Assembly: GCA_965249485.1 (NCBI GenBank)
Contig: OZ252239.1
Location: forward strand, 1,376,001 to 1,440,000
DNA: 64,000 bases
Direction of reading: 5' to 3'
Source: a bacterium
Lineage (GTDB): Bacteria; SM23-31
Shown here: one piece after another, positions 50,332 through 60,570 of the stretch
How positions within the stretch are numbered: position 1 is the stretch's first letter
How the letters are laid out: each line of letters begins with the position of its first letter
Notes under the pieces: model-generated
Told to the model about the DNA's origin: nothing
The model's input: only the letters and a program-made list of their open reading frames with translations
Databases searched by the model: none
Made by a program: the position numbers and the translations under genes

Positions 50332-53300
50332 ATGAATATAACTGAAATAGCAATAGATAGGGCCAGGATCACCTTTACTGTCATTATCGTTTTGATAATT
50401 GCCGAGTTTATGGCATTCAGGACCATACCAAGAGCCGAAGATCCGGGTTTTATTATCCGGACTGCTATGATAATGACATATTTCCCCGGCGCAAGCCCCG
50501 AACGAGTTGAAATGCTAGTTACAGATAAACTGGAGAAAGCGATCCAGGAAATGCCTGAACTTGATTTTGAGGTTAGCCAGTCAAAATCGGGCGTCTCGTT
50601 AATATTCGTCAATACTAAAGAAAACTTAACCGAAATGCGCCCAATCTGGGATAGACTCAGGAGAAAAGTCGATGCTGTAAAATCAGAACTTCCCGAGGGA
50701 ATCATCGGGCCCATTGTAAACGATGAATTCGGGGATATTTTCGGTACAATTGTCACATTAACTGGTGAAGGGTACTCTTACTCGGAGTTAAAAGAAATTG
50801 CCGACCAGGTTCGTGATGAACTCCTACTCATTGATGAAGTTGCAAAAGTAGAATTATATGGTGATCAGGAAGGGCGAATATTTGTAGACTACAATAACGC
50901 ACGACTTGGCGAAACAGGTTTATCGCCCGTACAATTGAAAACAATCCTTGAAAGTGCCAATATCATAATTCCCGGGGGTAATTTTTCTACAGATCATGAA
51001 CGCATTGTGCTCGAACCTTCGGGAAATTTTGAATCCATCGAGCAATTAAAACAATCCATCATACAGATTCCCGGAAGAAGAGATATGTTCCACCTTGAAG
51101 ATCTTGCCGAAGTATATCGGGGATATATTGATCCTCCGGCATCGGTTATGAAATCGTCCGGAGAAAATGCCCTCGCATTGGCAGTTTCATTACGAGACGG
51201 AGGAAATATTATATTTCTCGGAGAAGCTGTCCGCAATAAGATATCAGAATTGCAGCAGGTCTATCCTCTTGGTGTTGAATTTGATTTCGTGTCATTTCAG
51301 CCCGATGTTGTTGACAAAAAAGTTAATGATTTCACCACATCATTACTCCAGGCGATGGGGGTCGTATTACTGGTAATGCTTGTTACTATTGGAATGCGTA
51401 CCGGTTTAACGGTCGCATCGCTTATTCCTGTCACAATGCTCATTTCTATTTTTGTTATGTCTCAATTTGGCCTGGGATTGAACCAAATGACCCTCGCATC
51501 TTTGATCATTTCTCTTGGAATGCTGGTTGACAATGCCATTGTTATGACGGAATCGATTATGGTGATGATGAATTCCGGAATGAAGGCCAGAGATGCCGCG
51601 ATTGAATCTGCCAGAGAATTACGGATACCACTCCTCACATCTTCGCTTACAACATGTGCTGCATTTCTTCCTATTTATCTGGCTGAATCGACTACAGGAG
51701 AATATGTAGCACCTCTTTTTGTAGTTGTTACCATAACATTGATGTGCTCATGGCTCTTATCGCTTACAATGATTCCAATGTTATGCACAAAATCGCTAAA
51801 ACCTAATATGAATTCTACAGGTGAAAAATATGATTCAAGACTTTTTCGATTTTATAAACAATCATTATTACAATTGTTACGGCACAGAATTATAACCATT
51901 ATAGGCATTTTTATAATATTCATTATTGCAATGCAGGGTTTTGCCCTCATACCAAATATTTTTTTCCCTGCAAAGGATCAGAATCAATTCATTGCATCAC
52001 TGACACTTCCGATCGGCACATCGATCGAGCGGACAGAATTGGTTGCACAACGATTGGAAGATTTCGTTGAAAGTGAATTAAAGATTAATGAAGAACGTGT
52101 TGAGGGGGTCACAAACTGGGTGACATTTATTGGAGAAAGCCCCCCACGTTTTTATTTAAGTTATAATCCTGTATTTGCGAGTCCAGAATTAAACATTATG
52201 ATCTTGAATACTACATCGTATGATATTATTCCCGAATTGATACAAAAAATGGAGCAATTCTGCATAGATAATTTCCCTGATCTTAAAACAGATATTGAAT
52301 CGCTTACCAACGGTCCGCCGGTTACTGCACCCGTTGAAATCAGGATTTCCGGAAAAGATCCGGATACAATTTTCAACATTGCCGACTATGTAAAAGCACA
52401 ATTAACGCAAATATCGGGGACTAAAAATATTGATGATGATTGGGGTATGCGAACCAAAAAACTAACGGTGGAAGTAAATCAGGCTCGTGCCCGTCGAGCA
52501 GGACTGTCAAATCAGGATGTAGCTGTTTCACTACAGACGATTTTAAGCGGATTTCAGACAACCCAATATCGGGAAGATGACAAACTTATACCTGTGACAC
52601 TGCGTGCTGTTGCTGAAGATCGACAAGACATTGAAAATCTGGAAAGTCTTAACATATATTCTCTTGCCACAGGAAATTCGGTGCCACTTATGCAGGTGGC
52701 TGATACAAAAATAGTATGGCAGCCATCAAAAATATTACGTAGAAATCGGTTAAAGACTGTTACAATATCTTCCGAACTGGAACCGGGATATACCGCTATA
52801 GAAATTGTCAACGCAATTGATCCGTGGCTTCAACAAGAAAGTTCAACATGGAATGTTGGATATTCGTATGAATATGGCGGTGAAATCGAAAGTTCTGAAA
52901 AAGCACAGGCATCTATAGGCGCAAAAATGCCTGTGGGATTTCTTATTATAATACTGCTTCTCGTTGCACAGTTCAATTCGTTTCGAAGATCCGTTATTGT
53001 TCTTCTCACAATACCCTTGGGACTAATAGGAGTCGTCATAGGATTACTTGCTTTAGACGGTGTTATGGGATTTATGACATTTTTAGGCGTAGTGTCATTG
53101 TCCGGAATTGTTATCAATAATGCAATTGTACTATTAGAAAGAATAAAGCTTGAAATAGAAGATAACGGACTGACATCCCAGGACGCGATCCTTGAAGCGG
53201 CACAAAAAAGGCTGCGTCCGATACTACTTACTACCGCAACAACTATCGGTGGTCTATTTCCTCTTTATCTTGGTGGAGGACCCATGTGGGAATCTATGGC

Positions 53301-53415
53301 AATTGCAATTATGTCAGGACTCTTTTTTGCCACTGTTTTGACACTGGGAATTGTTCCAGTTCTTTATTCTCTCATATTTAATGTAAGTTTCAAAAATGTA
53401 CCCGGGAAAAATTAA
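50332..53415 (+). CDS. RND efflux permease (AcrB/AcrD/AcrF family)
   Basis: PGASPERVE, GMLVDNAIV, GIVINNAIVL, RLRPILLT. Confidence 0.93.
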   Translation: MNITEIAIDRARITFTVIIVLIIAEFMAFRTIPRAEDPGFIIRTAMIMTYFPGASPERVEMLVTDKLEKAIQEMPELDFEVSQSKSGVSLIFVNTKENLTEMRPIWDRLRRKVDAVKSELPEGIIGPIVNDEFGDIFGTIVTLTGEGYSYSELKEIADQVRDELLLIDEVAKVELYGDQEGRIFVDYNNARLGETGLSPVQLKTILESANIIIPGGNFSTDHERIVLEPSGNFESIEQLKQSIIQIPGRRDMFHLEDLAEVYRGYIDPPASVMKSSGENALALAVSLRDGGNIIFLGEAVRNKISELQQVYPLGVEFDFVSFQPDVVDKKVNDFTTSLLQAMGVVLLVMLVTIGMRTGLTVASLIPVTMLISIFVMSQFGLGLNQMTLASLIISLGMLVDNAIVMTESIMVMMNSGMKARDAAIESARELRIPLLTSSLTTCAAFLPIYLAESTTGEYVAPLFVVVTITLMCSWLLSLTMIPMLCTKSLKPNMNSTGEKYDSRLFRFYKQSLLQLLRHRIITIIGIFIIFIIAMQGFALIPNIFFPAKDQNQFIASLTLPIGTSIERTELVAQRLEDFVESELKINEERVEGVTNWVTFIGESPPRFYLSYNPVFASPELNIMILNTTSYDIIPELIQKMEQFCIDNFPDLKTDIESLTNGPPVTAPVEIRISGKDPDTIFNIADYVKAQLTQISGTKNIDDDWGMRTKKLTVEVNQARARRAGLSNQDVAVSLQTILSGFQTTQYREDDKLIPVTLRAVAEDRQDIENLESLNIYSLATGNSVPLMQVADTKIVWQPSKILRRNRLKTVTISSELEPGYTAIEIVNAIDPWLQQESSTWNVGYSYEYGGEIESSEKAQASIGAKMPVGFLIIILLLVAQFNSFRRSVIVLLTIPLGLIGVVIGLLALDGVMGFMTFLGVVSLSGIVINNAIVLLERIKLEIEDNGLTSQDAILEAAQKRLRPILLTTATTIGGLFPLYLGGGPMWESMAIAIMSGLFFATVLTLGIVPVLYSLIFNVSFKNVPGKN

Positions 53416-53620
53416 ATAGTTTTTGACTGAAAATGTACGATCTTATCTGACTAAAATAAATACAATTACTTCAGATTTATGTAATGAATTTTAAGAGCAT
53501 CAACCAGAATTCACAATGATATTTCACTACGAATAATTAAATTGATTTATTACTTATCTATGAGTAGTTTACTGCTATTCTTGACCACAAAACAACTAAT
53601 ATCTTATAATTGAGATCGGT

Positions 53621-54787
53621 ATGATACGAAAAAGACTTCTCCTGTTTTGGCTGATTTTTCTCATAATTGCGCCCAAATTATCGGCGCAATCCGGTGAATC
53701 AGACATCAACATTTTTGGTTATTTTCAGACAGAATTTCGACAGACGTCATTTGACGAAGATGCTTTGGACCTCAATTCCTTCAATTTGCAGCAGCTTAAT
53801 ATATTTTTTCAGAAAGACATTTCTTCACAATGGTCGTCATTTGTTAATATCGAATTTTTGAATTCGTTTTCAGCCAGAAGAAGTATCGGTGACGCAACGC
53901 TTGAAGAAGCATGGGCACGGTACAGAAAAAATGAAAAATTCAACGTGAAGGCAGGATTGCTGATACCAACATTCAATAACCTCAATGTAATAAAAAACCG
54001 GACACCCCTGCTGCCGTATATTATTAGACCATTAGTCTACGAGACTGCTTTTTCTTCCGATGTCCCAATTCATGAATTTATCCCGGAGAGAGCATTTGTA
54101 CAGGCATATGGTTTTATTCCCTACGGCAATGTAAAATTTGACTACGCTTTGTATGTGGGCAACAGCCCGAATGTCACTACATCCCCTTTTGGAGGTAGGA
54201 ATTCTCAGACAGGAATCGATACGACCGATACGTTTCTTCTCGGTGGGCGTATAGGAGTAAGAAATAATGAAATAAAAGCGGGGATATCCGTTACACATGA
54301 TAGAGTAAATGAAATAAGTACTGTCCGATTAGCAACCAAAGATGAACAACCTACTGTGACCTCTGTTGATTTACCTAATTACGTCTCTGTCGATCTGCCG
54401 GTAAATGAAATTTCAAGGTATAGATTGGGAGGTGACCTCTCATTTAATGTTCGGAAATTCTCATTTGAAAGCGAATTCATTATTGTGAAATATGATGATG
54501 ATGACCCTGAAATTGATATCGATAAATATTTTTACTATATTCAACTCGGTTATTTTGTGACAGAGAAATTCTTCATTTACGGTAATCATGTCGTGACCAA
54601 CTTCTCTTTCGCGCCTGGGATAGAACAAAAAGTTAAAGACCCGTCTGTCGGAGTGTCATACTCTGTAAATGACAGGATTGTTCTGAAAGGGCAATACGCC
54701 CCTGTACAATTTGATTATAGCCTTCCAATTCTCGATCCTACTCCTGAATTTGACTTTTTTGCCGGTGCCATTTCTGTTTATTTCTAA
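53621..54787 (+). CDS. Predicted outer-membrane beta-barrel (porin-like)
   Basis: Signal peptide, alternating amphipathic strands, C-terminal aromatic residue (AISVYF). Confidence 0.7.
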   Translation: MIRKRLLLFWLIFLIIAPKLSAQSGESDINIFGYFQTEFRQTSFDEDALDLNSFNLQQLNIFFQKDISSQWSSFVNIEFLNSFSARRSIGDATLEEAWARYRKNEKFNVKAGLLIPTFNNLNVIKNRTPLLPYIIRPLVYETAFSSDVPIHEFIPERAFVQAYGFIPYGNVKFDYALYVGNSPNVTTSPFGGRNSQTGIDTTDTFLLGGRIGVRNNEIKAGISVTHDRVNEISTVRLATKDEQPTVTSVDLPNYVSVDLPVNEISRYRLGGDLSFNVRKFSFESEFIIVKYDDDDPEIDIDKYFYYIQLGYFVTEKFFIYGNHVVTNFSFAPGIEQKVKDPSVGVSYSVNDRIVLKGQYAPVQFDYSLPILDPTPEFDFFAGAISVYF

Positions 54788-54796
54788 GGTTATTCC

Positions 54797-55246
54797 ATGG
54801 ATATTATCAACGGAAAAAACTTCATGAAATTAGTTTTTACTATGACACTTTTCCTGATGTTGTGTACTCAGAATGTATCGGGACAGGTCGCTGTAATTAC
54901 GCATAAGTCTACCTTATCGGAAAATATCGGTAAAAATGAGATATTAGATTTTTATACGGGCGACATCAAAACATGGGAAAATGGTGAAAGAGTTATTGTG
55001 TATGATTTGAAACAAAATACGTCTATGAAAGATGCGTTTTATCAATTCCTCGGGAAATCATCGTCGAGAATGAAGGCGATCTGGATGAAAAAGAAACTAT
55101 CGGGTGAAGGTGATCCGCCGGTGTCATTCCAATCCGAAGAAGAGATAGTCGAAAAAATCACCTCGACACCGGGATCATTGGGATATATCAGCTATGAAAA
55201 AGTAACGGATGATGTCGCTGTACTTTTTGTAATTAATTATAACTAA
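54797..55246 (+). CDS. Small periplasmic binding-protein-like (phosphate-SBP-like) protein
   Basis: Signal peptide; VAVITH, FYTG..KTW, G.GDPP, STPGSLGYI pattern. Confidence 0.7.
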   Translation: MDIINGKNFMKLVFTMTLFLMLCTQNVSGQVAVITHKSTLSENIGKNEILDFYTGDIKTWENGERVIVYDLKQNTSMKDAFYQFLGKSSSRMKAIWMKKKLSGEGDPPVSFQSEEEIVEKITSTPGSLGYISYEKVTDDVAVLFVINYN

Positions 55247-55265
55247 AACAACTAGTAAAATCCCC

Positions 55266-56965
55266 ATGAAAATTAAAAACCTGAAAATCGGCACAAAATA
55301 TATCATCAGTTTCAGTATAATACTCATCATTATGACAGGAGTAAATGCGTTTTCGCTGGCTGAAATAACGGCATTGAAAAATAGAGTCGACATCATAATA
55401 TCAAAATGGATGCAGAGTGCAATTGCGATTTCTGATCTTAATGTCAATACGTCGAATTTACGAATTAATCAGCTGCAACATGCATACACTACTGATGAGA
55501 CCAGCAAAAGAGAGCTGGAACAAAATATGATCGGATTGATCGACAAAATAATTGAAAATCAAGATACCTATGAACCGCTTCTGACCGATCCTACGGAGAT
55601 AGCTCTTTACCGGGAATTTGAAGAAAAATGGGAGCGGTATAATGAGCTGGGGTATCAATTTCTGGATCTCTCTCTGAGTAATGAAAACCTGTTAGCTGTT
55701 GAGCTTTTGAATGATGAAGCCCGAAATGTTTTCGACGATTTTAGTAATGATCTAAAAAATCTGGTAGTGATTAATCATGATAATTCTTTGGAGACATCAA
55801 CGAATGTGGAAAGAATCTACAATAGACACCATTTTATAATAACAACGCTTCTTGTGGCTACGTTTATATTTTCCGCGATTATTGCCATTGTGCTTGTGCG
55901 GCACATTACCGTTCCCGTCAAGCAGTTGGCAATTGCAGCAGGAAAAGTAGCTGACGGCGATTACAATATTCAGCTTGACATATTAAATTATGATGAAGTA
56001 GGCGACTTAACGCAGTCGTTCAATCAAATGGCAAATTCATTACAGTTAGCGGGAGAAAAAATTCATAAACAACAAGATGAATTACAAACAACGAATAGTG
56101 AGTTAAGCAATAAAACAATATTGTTGGAGAAACAAAAACTTGAAATTGAAGAGAAGAATAGTGGTCTCGAGGAAGCTTTAATCCAGTTAAAGGAGACGCA
56201 ACATCAACTTGTCATGAAAGAGAAGATGGCGTCACTTGGAAACCTTGTTGCCGGTGTTGCCCATGAAATAAATAACCCGATAGGAGCAGTTTTTTCGGCT
56301 GCTGATACGTCTGTCCGGTCAATAAATATGGTTGTCGAAACGTTGGAAAACAGCGGATATCTGACTGATATTATGGAAGATAAAAAATTCTCGTGTGCAC
56401 TTGATATTTTAAAAAAAACAATACAGTTGTGTTAACTGCCAGTGAAAGAATAAGTAAAATTGTAAAAAGCCTCAAGAATTTTGCCCGCTTAGATGAATCT
56501 GAGTTTCAGAAAGCAGACCTCCATGAGGGCTTGGATAGCACGTTAACACTATTAGAGCACAAATTAAAAAACAGAATTGACGTGATAAAGCATTATGGCA
56601 ATATTCCAAATTTAGCTTGTTATCCAAATCAGTTAAATCAAGTTTTTATGAACATCATGGCCAATGCCGAACAAAGTATTGACGATAAAGGTTCAATCAC
56701 CATTAGTACAAGTACCGAAAATGGTAATATAATCATAAAAATAATTGATAACGGTGAAGGGATAGATGAGAAATACATTAGCCAAATCTTTGATCCCGGT
56801 TTTACCACGAAGGGCGTTGGTGTCGGAACCGGACTTGGATTATCTATCAGTTATAACATTATAAAAAAACATAAAGGTGAAATTTACATAGAGAGTGAAA
56901 TAAACAAAGGAACTGCTGTTGAAATTATTTTACCCAGTACAATAGATGAGATAGTCAAACCTTAA
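55266..56965 (+). pseudogene. Sensor histidine kinase (four-helix sensor, HAMP, HisKA, HATPase) split by a frameshift in an A8 tract (56411-56418)
   Basis: DEVGDL..SFN.M HAMP, AGVAHEINNP H-box in ORF1; N, G1 and G2 boxes (LNQVFMN, DNGEGI, GTGLGL) in ORF2 in the -1 frame. Confidence 0.85.
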
Positions 56966-57137
56966 TTTGATATTTCTTTTTATCGGTAATTTATAAATAA
57001 TACTCTTATATAATTGCTCTTGATAATCGAACATTAATTTAGTTACTTAACAGTAATATAGTTAAAAGGCAGAGGATACAATGGAAAAATTAAGTAAGAT
57101 ACATTGTTAATAATATATGATATAAGGAGATGCAGAC

Positions 57138-57236
57138 ATGGGCGACAAAGGGAAAAAAGATAAAGGCAAACGAGAAGATCAAAAGAAGTCAAAACAAACA
57201 CTAAAGGAAAAACGGAAGCAGAAAAGAGAAAAGTAA
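57138..57236 (+). CDS. 32-aa lysine-rich small protein
   Basis: AAGGAG RBS then MGDKGKKDKGKREDQKKSKQTLKEKRKQKREK*; below ORF-track cutoff. Confidence 0.6.
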   Translation: MGDKGKKDKGKREDQKKSKQTLKEKRKQKREK

Positions 57237-57270
57237 GAAATAAATACGCTGTCAATTGCACGTCAACATA

Positions 57271-58119
57271 TCAAAAGGATAGCGAAATTCCCACTTTGTT
57301 TAAACCCAGGTGAAAGTTTAAAGGGGATGAGGCATCGTGTTGTTTCGTGAGTATTTTACCGATATAATGACCAATAAAGGCACCAACCAATACGTCTGAT
57401 GCCCAATGCTTACCTGAACTTATTCTCTGTAATCCTACTAATCCGGCAACTCCATAAGCATATTTGGTCGTTTGAGGATAGTATGAAGATACTATTGTTG
57501 CAAAAGTGAAAATGTTTGCTGTATGACCTGAAGGAAAAGAGGAGTAGCCCCTCTGCAATGGATAAAAGTTGTTCTGTTCGGTACCCTGGTTAGGTCTTGA
57601 CCTTCCTGATATAAATTTGATAGGAGCAACTATTCCAGTTGTGATTACAGCCCCCTCCATTATTTTTAACCCCATTTCAGCAAATTGGTCTTTTTTGAAA
57701 ACATGCCCTAACGTCAAACTCGCAAATCCAATTAAGAGCGGCTGTTCGGTTAAATTAGTTATATTATCGAGCTGTCTTTCTGCATAATTTCTATTTTCAT
57801 GAAAAGTTTGTTCCGATAATTCTCTGTCAACAAATCCAAAAGACATTAACGATCCTGCCATTAAAATAAGACTACTGCGGGATAATACTGGCAATTCTGA
57901 CGTGATACTATTCAGTGTGAAAGCCAGATCGTTATAAAATAATTTTGGATAGTTGGTGATTTTATTTTTACTACCATTGTCATAAAAAACCTTCGGACTA
58001 AATTTATTTTTGTCCGGCTCGAAAGATTGTGAAGAATAAGCTTCCTGTGAGCAGGCCTGCGGATTAAATGCAAAAAAATACATGACAAAGCAGAAGAATG
58101 GAACAGCACTTTTTTTCAT
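57271..58119 (-). CDS. PAP2-family phosphatase
   Basis: K....R.RP, SFPSGH, R...GKHWASDV motifs. Confidence 0.88.
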   Translation of the reverse strand: MKKSAVPFFCFVMYFFAFNPQACSQEAYSSQSFEPDKNKFSPKVFYDNGSKNKITNYPKLFYNDLAFTLNSITSELPVLSRSSLILMAGSLMSFGFVDRELSEQTFHENRNYAERQLDNITNLTEQPLLIGFASLTLGHVFKKDQFAEMGLKIMEGAVITTGIVAPIKFISGRSRPNQGTEQNNFYPLQRGYSSFPSGHTANIFTFATIVSSYYPQTTKYAYGVAGLVGLQRISSGKHWASDVLVGAFIGHYIGKILTKQHDASSPLNFHLGLNKVGISLSF

Positions 58120-58321
58120 ACGGGTATCTTTCATAAATTCAATAAGCAATAAACTCGAAATATATAAATAAGTTCCAAATACATTCAGAAAAGTGATCCT
58201 ACTCTCTGTAAATAAAGCTGTTTAGAACTCTAATAGTCCGGGGAATCGTTTTATGTATTATCAAATTAATGCAGCACTTATAATTCTTTCTCTTAACGAC
58301 TCATAAATCATGAGCGATAAA

Positions 58322-58357
58322 AAAAGCGAAGTCGCAACAATGAGTAACTTCGCTTTT
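58322..58357. terminator. Intrinsic terminator (likely for yceI, possibly bidirectional)
   Basis: AAAAGCGAAGT...ACTTCGCTTTT 11-bp inverted repeat with A/T tails. Confidence 0.65.
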
Positions 58358-58486
58358 CGATAGTATCCGTTATCTGGATTATTATCTTGCATAAAGAGTG
58401 ATAGTATGCTTACCTTACTATATCTTTAGCTGTTTGTTAATCTATAGAAGGAGATCTATTGATTCACAATTCTATTATATTGTTTA

Positions 58487-59113
58487 TTAATTTTCTGCCA
58501 TAGCTGGAGAAGCAAACTCCAAATTGAAATCAAAGGCAATTTCTTTACTCACAACCAAACCACCTGCTTCGGTAACCATGCCAAATTTCACATTGTAGTC
58601 GAAACGATCGATCTCACCAGTCACATGAAATGCTGTAATATTCATATTTGTGCCTTTCATTGGCCCCATGGGAGCTACCATTTGAGCTGAACCGGTATGT
58701 TCTGCCATCAAGACAACTTCTTTAGTAACACCCCGAATAGTAAGATCACCTTTAACTTCATAATTAGAACCACGTTTCTTTTTAAAGGATTTCGAGACAA
58801 ATTTTATGTTAGGGTATTCTTCTACATTTAAAAAATCATCGGATTTTAAATGATTATCGCGCATTTCATTGTCGGTAAAGATGCTCGCTGTTTCAATAGT
58901 TGCCTCCAATGTTGCGTTACGAAAATCGTCTATTCTACTTGAATTGAATTTTATATCATAATCCTTAAATACTCCCGTAACAGTTGAAATGACAAGGTGT
59001 TTTACCTTGAATTGGACCTCAGTATGATTTTTATCAGCCATCCACATAACCTGTGCATTTGCCATTGGCAGAATGAGCAGAAGGGCTAACAATATAAAAC
59101 TTAATTTTTTCAT
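58487..59113 (-). CDS. yceI: YceI-family periplasmic lipid/polyisoprenoid-binding protein
   Basis: HTEVQFKVKHLVISTVTG, RDNHLKSDDF, GDLTIRGVTK. Confidence 0.92.
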   Translation of the reverse strand: MKKLSFILLALLLILPMANAQVMWMADKNHTEVQFKVKHLVISTVTGVFKDYDIKFNSSRIDDFRNATLEATIETASIFTDNEMRDNHLKSDDFLNVEEYPNIKFVSKSFKKKRGSNYEVKGDLTIRGVTKEVVLMAEHTGSAQMVAPMGPMKGTNMNITAFHVTGEIDRFDYNVKFGMVTEAGGLVVSKEIAFDFNLEFASPAMAEN

Positions 59114-59157
59114 GGTGGTCTCCTCTTATTAGTTGATTATGTATTTGTTTAATATAT

Positions 59158-59185
59158 TAGTCGAGTATATGTTGAAATCCTTACA
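59158..59185 (-). promoter_or_regulatory. Putative ECF-sigma promoter upstream of yceI
   Basis: TGTAAG-N16-CGACTA on the minus strand, about 45 nt upstream of the yceI start. Confidence 0.55.
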
Positions 59186-59260
59186 AATCATTTCATTTTT
59201 TTCAAAAATATTTATGAATTTGCTATAAAACAAGCGTGTTTGATACAATTCAATCATTAA

Positions 59261-59506
59261 TCACTGGTCTATTTTCCCTGACTCAAAATCTGCGCTGTCG
59301 ATTTTTGCCATTTTACTTATTGAAATCAATTGCTTTTTAAACAGTCTACAAAATTTACATCCTGTTATATGCAGGAAAACAAACATTCTATCAGCTGTAG
59401 AAAGTTTGTTATCTAGTGAGAATGAAATCTTCTTCGTAATATCTTCACATGATCCGGTAATTTTCCCGAGAAAGTACATCAGGATCTTATATTTTTTTTG
59501 ATTCAT
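59261..59506 (-). CDS. zf-HC2 (ZAS) zinc-binding anti-sigma factor
   Basis: C..IT..IS..LD and HxxxCxxC (HITGCKFC) directly downstream of the ECF sigma. Confidence 0.8.
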   Translation of the reverse strand: MNQKKYKILMYFLGKITGSCEDITKKISFSLDNKLSTADRMFVFLHITGCKFCRLFKKQLISISKMAKIDSADFESGKIDQ

Positions 59507-59523
59507 ATCCGAAAGATTACGTA

Positions 59524-60120
59524 TTATTTTGTTTCTGCAAACCAATTTACTTCTAAACACCGCCGCAATAACAATCTGCTCCTATGCAACATGACCCATA
59601 AATTAGACGGAGAAATATTTAATTCCTTACAAATTTCTGAAGAGTTTTTTTGCTCTATCTCTTTTAGCGAAAAAACACTCGCCAATTTAGGAGAAAGATC
59701 TGACAAACATCTATGAAATATTTCCTTGAAATCCTTTTGAATCATAAGCTTTTCGGGATTATCACCCCAATCCGATGGGGCATTTTCAATATTCCAATTG
59801 CCGTTTTCGTCAAAATCTTTTTGGTTTCTCACGGTATTGCTTTCGGCATAAAAAACGTCATTATTTCTTTTTACTTTTCTATAATAATCATTGATCTTGT
59901 TTTTTAATATGCTTGTCAACCAGGTTAATTCGGAACTTTTCCCGTTAAAAGATTTTCCGCCTTTCAATCCCGCTAAAAAAGTTTCCTGAACAAGGTCTTC
60001 AGCAATATCCTTATCTCTTATACGTGCTAACGCAAAATTGAAGAGCGTTTCACCACATGCATCGTCCCATTTCCCGGGATCGATAGCACCATAATCTTTA
60101 TTTTTTGTAGTTTTACTCAT
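59524..60120 (-). CDS. ECF sigma-70 family RNA polymerase sigma factor
   Basis: AEDLVQETFL, TWL..ILKNK, EICKELNISPSNLWVMLHR.R. Confidence 0.92.
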   Translation of the reverse strand: MSKTTKNKDYGAIDPGKWDDACGETLFNFALARIRDKDIAEDLVQETFLAGLKGGKSFNGKSSELTWLTSILKNKINDYYRKVKRNNDVFYAESNTVRNQKDFDENGNWNIENAPSDWGDNPEKLMIQKDFKEIFHRCLSDLSPKLASVFSLKEIEQKNSSEICKELNISPSNLWVMLHRSRLLLRRCLEVNWFAETK

Positions 60121-60570
60121 AATAGGTTGTAGATCACTTAAATTATTTATGTATATATCACGGTCTTCAATGTCTAACAAAATATTTTTAAAGTTTTATC
60201 CAGATATTTCCTCGGTTCCGTGCATTGTGTACAGATTCAGTCTTAATGGTAAGAGACAATAATAGAGCGGGAACGTTTTTCTACAGATGCGCAAGCACCG
60301 AAAAGAGTTTTAATAGTCCTGTTATTTCGCTCTAAATTATTGCAATGATTTTTATGGGGATATTTATTGTGCCAACGAACAATTTAGTATCGTTTTATCC
60401 TTGAAAGTAATTGCTTTGATGGTCAAAAATATTTTTCAGGGATAGCATTGAATACAAGAATTGTTATTTAAAGTAGAGAATAATTAGAATGCTTACTGAT
60501 TCATTGCGATGCATGTTGTATGATTCGACTTCCACCTCATGATACAGCATTTACTTTAATAGACGTGACT

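Noticed and set aside
57043..57261. 72-aa hydrophobic minus-strand ORF
   Set aside because: Complement of the A-rich microprotein gene, which has the better RBS
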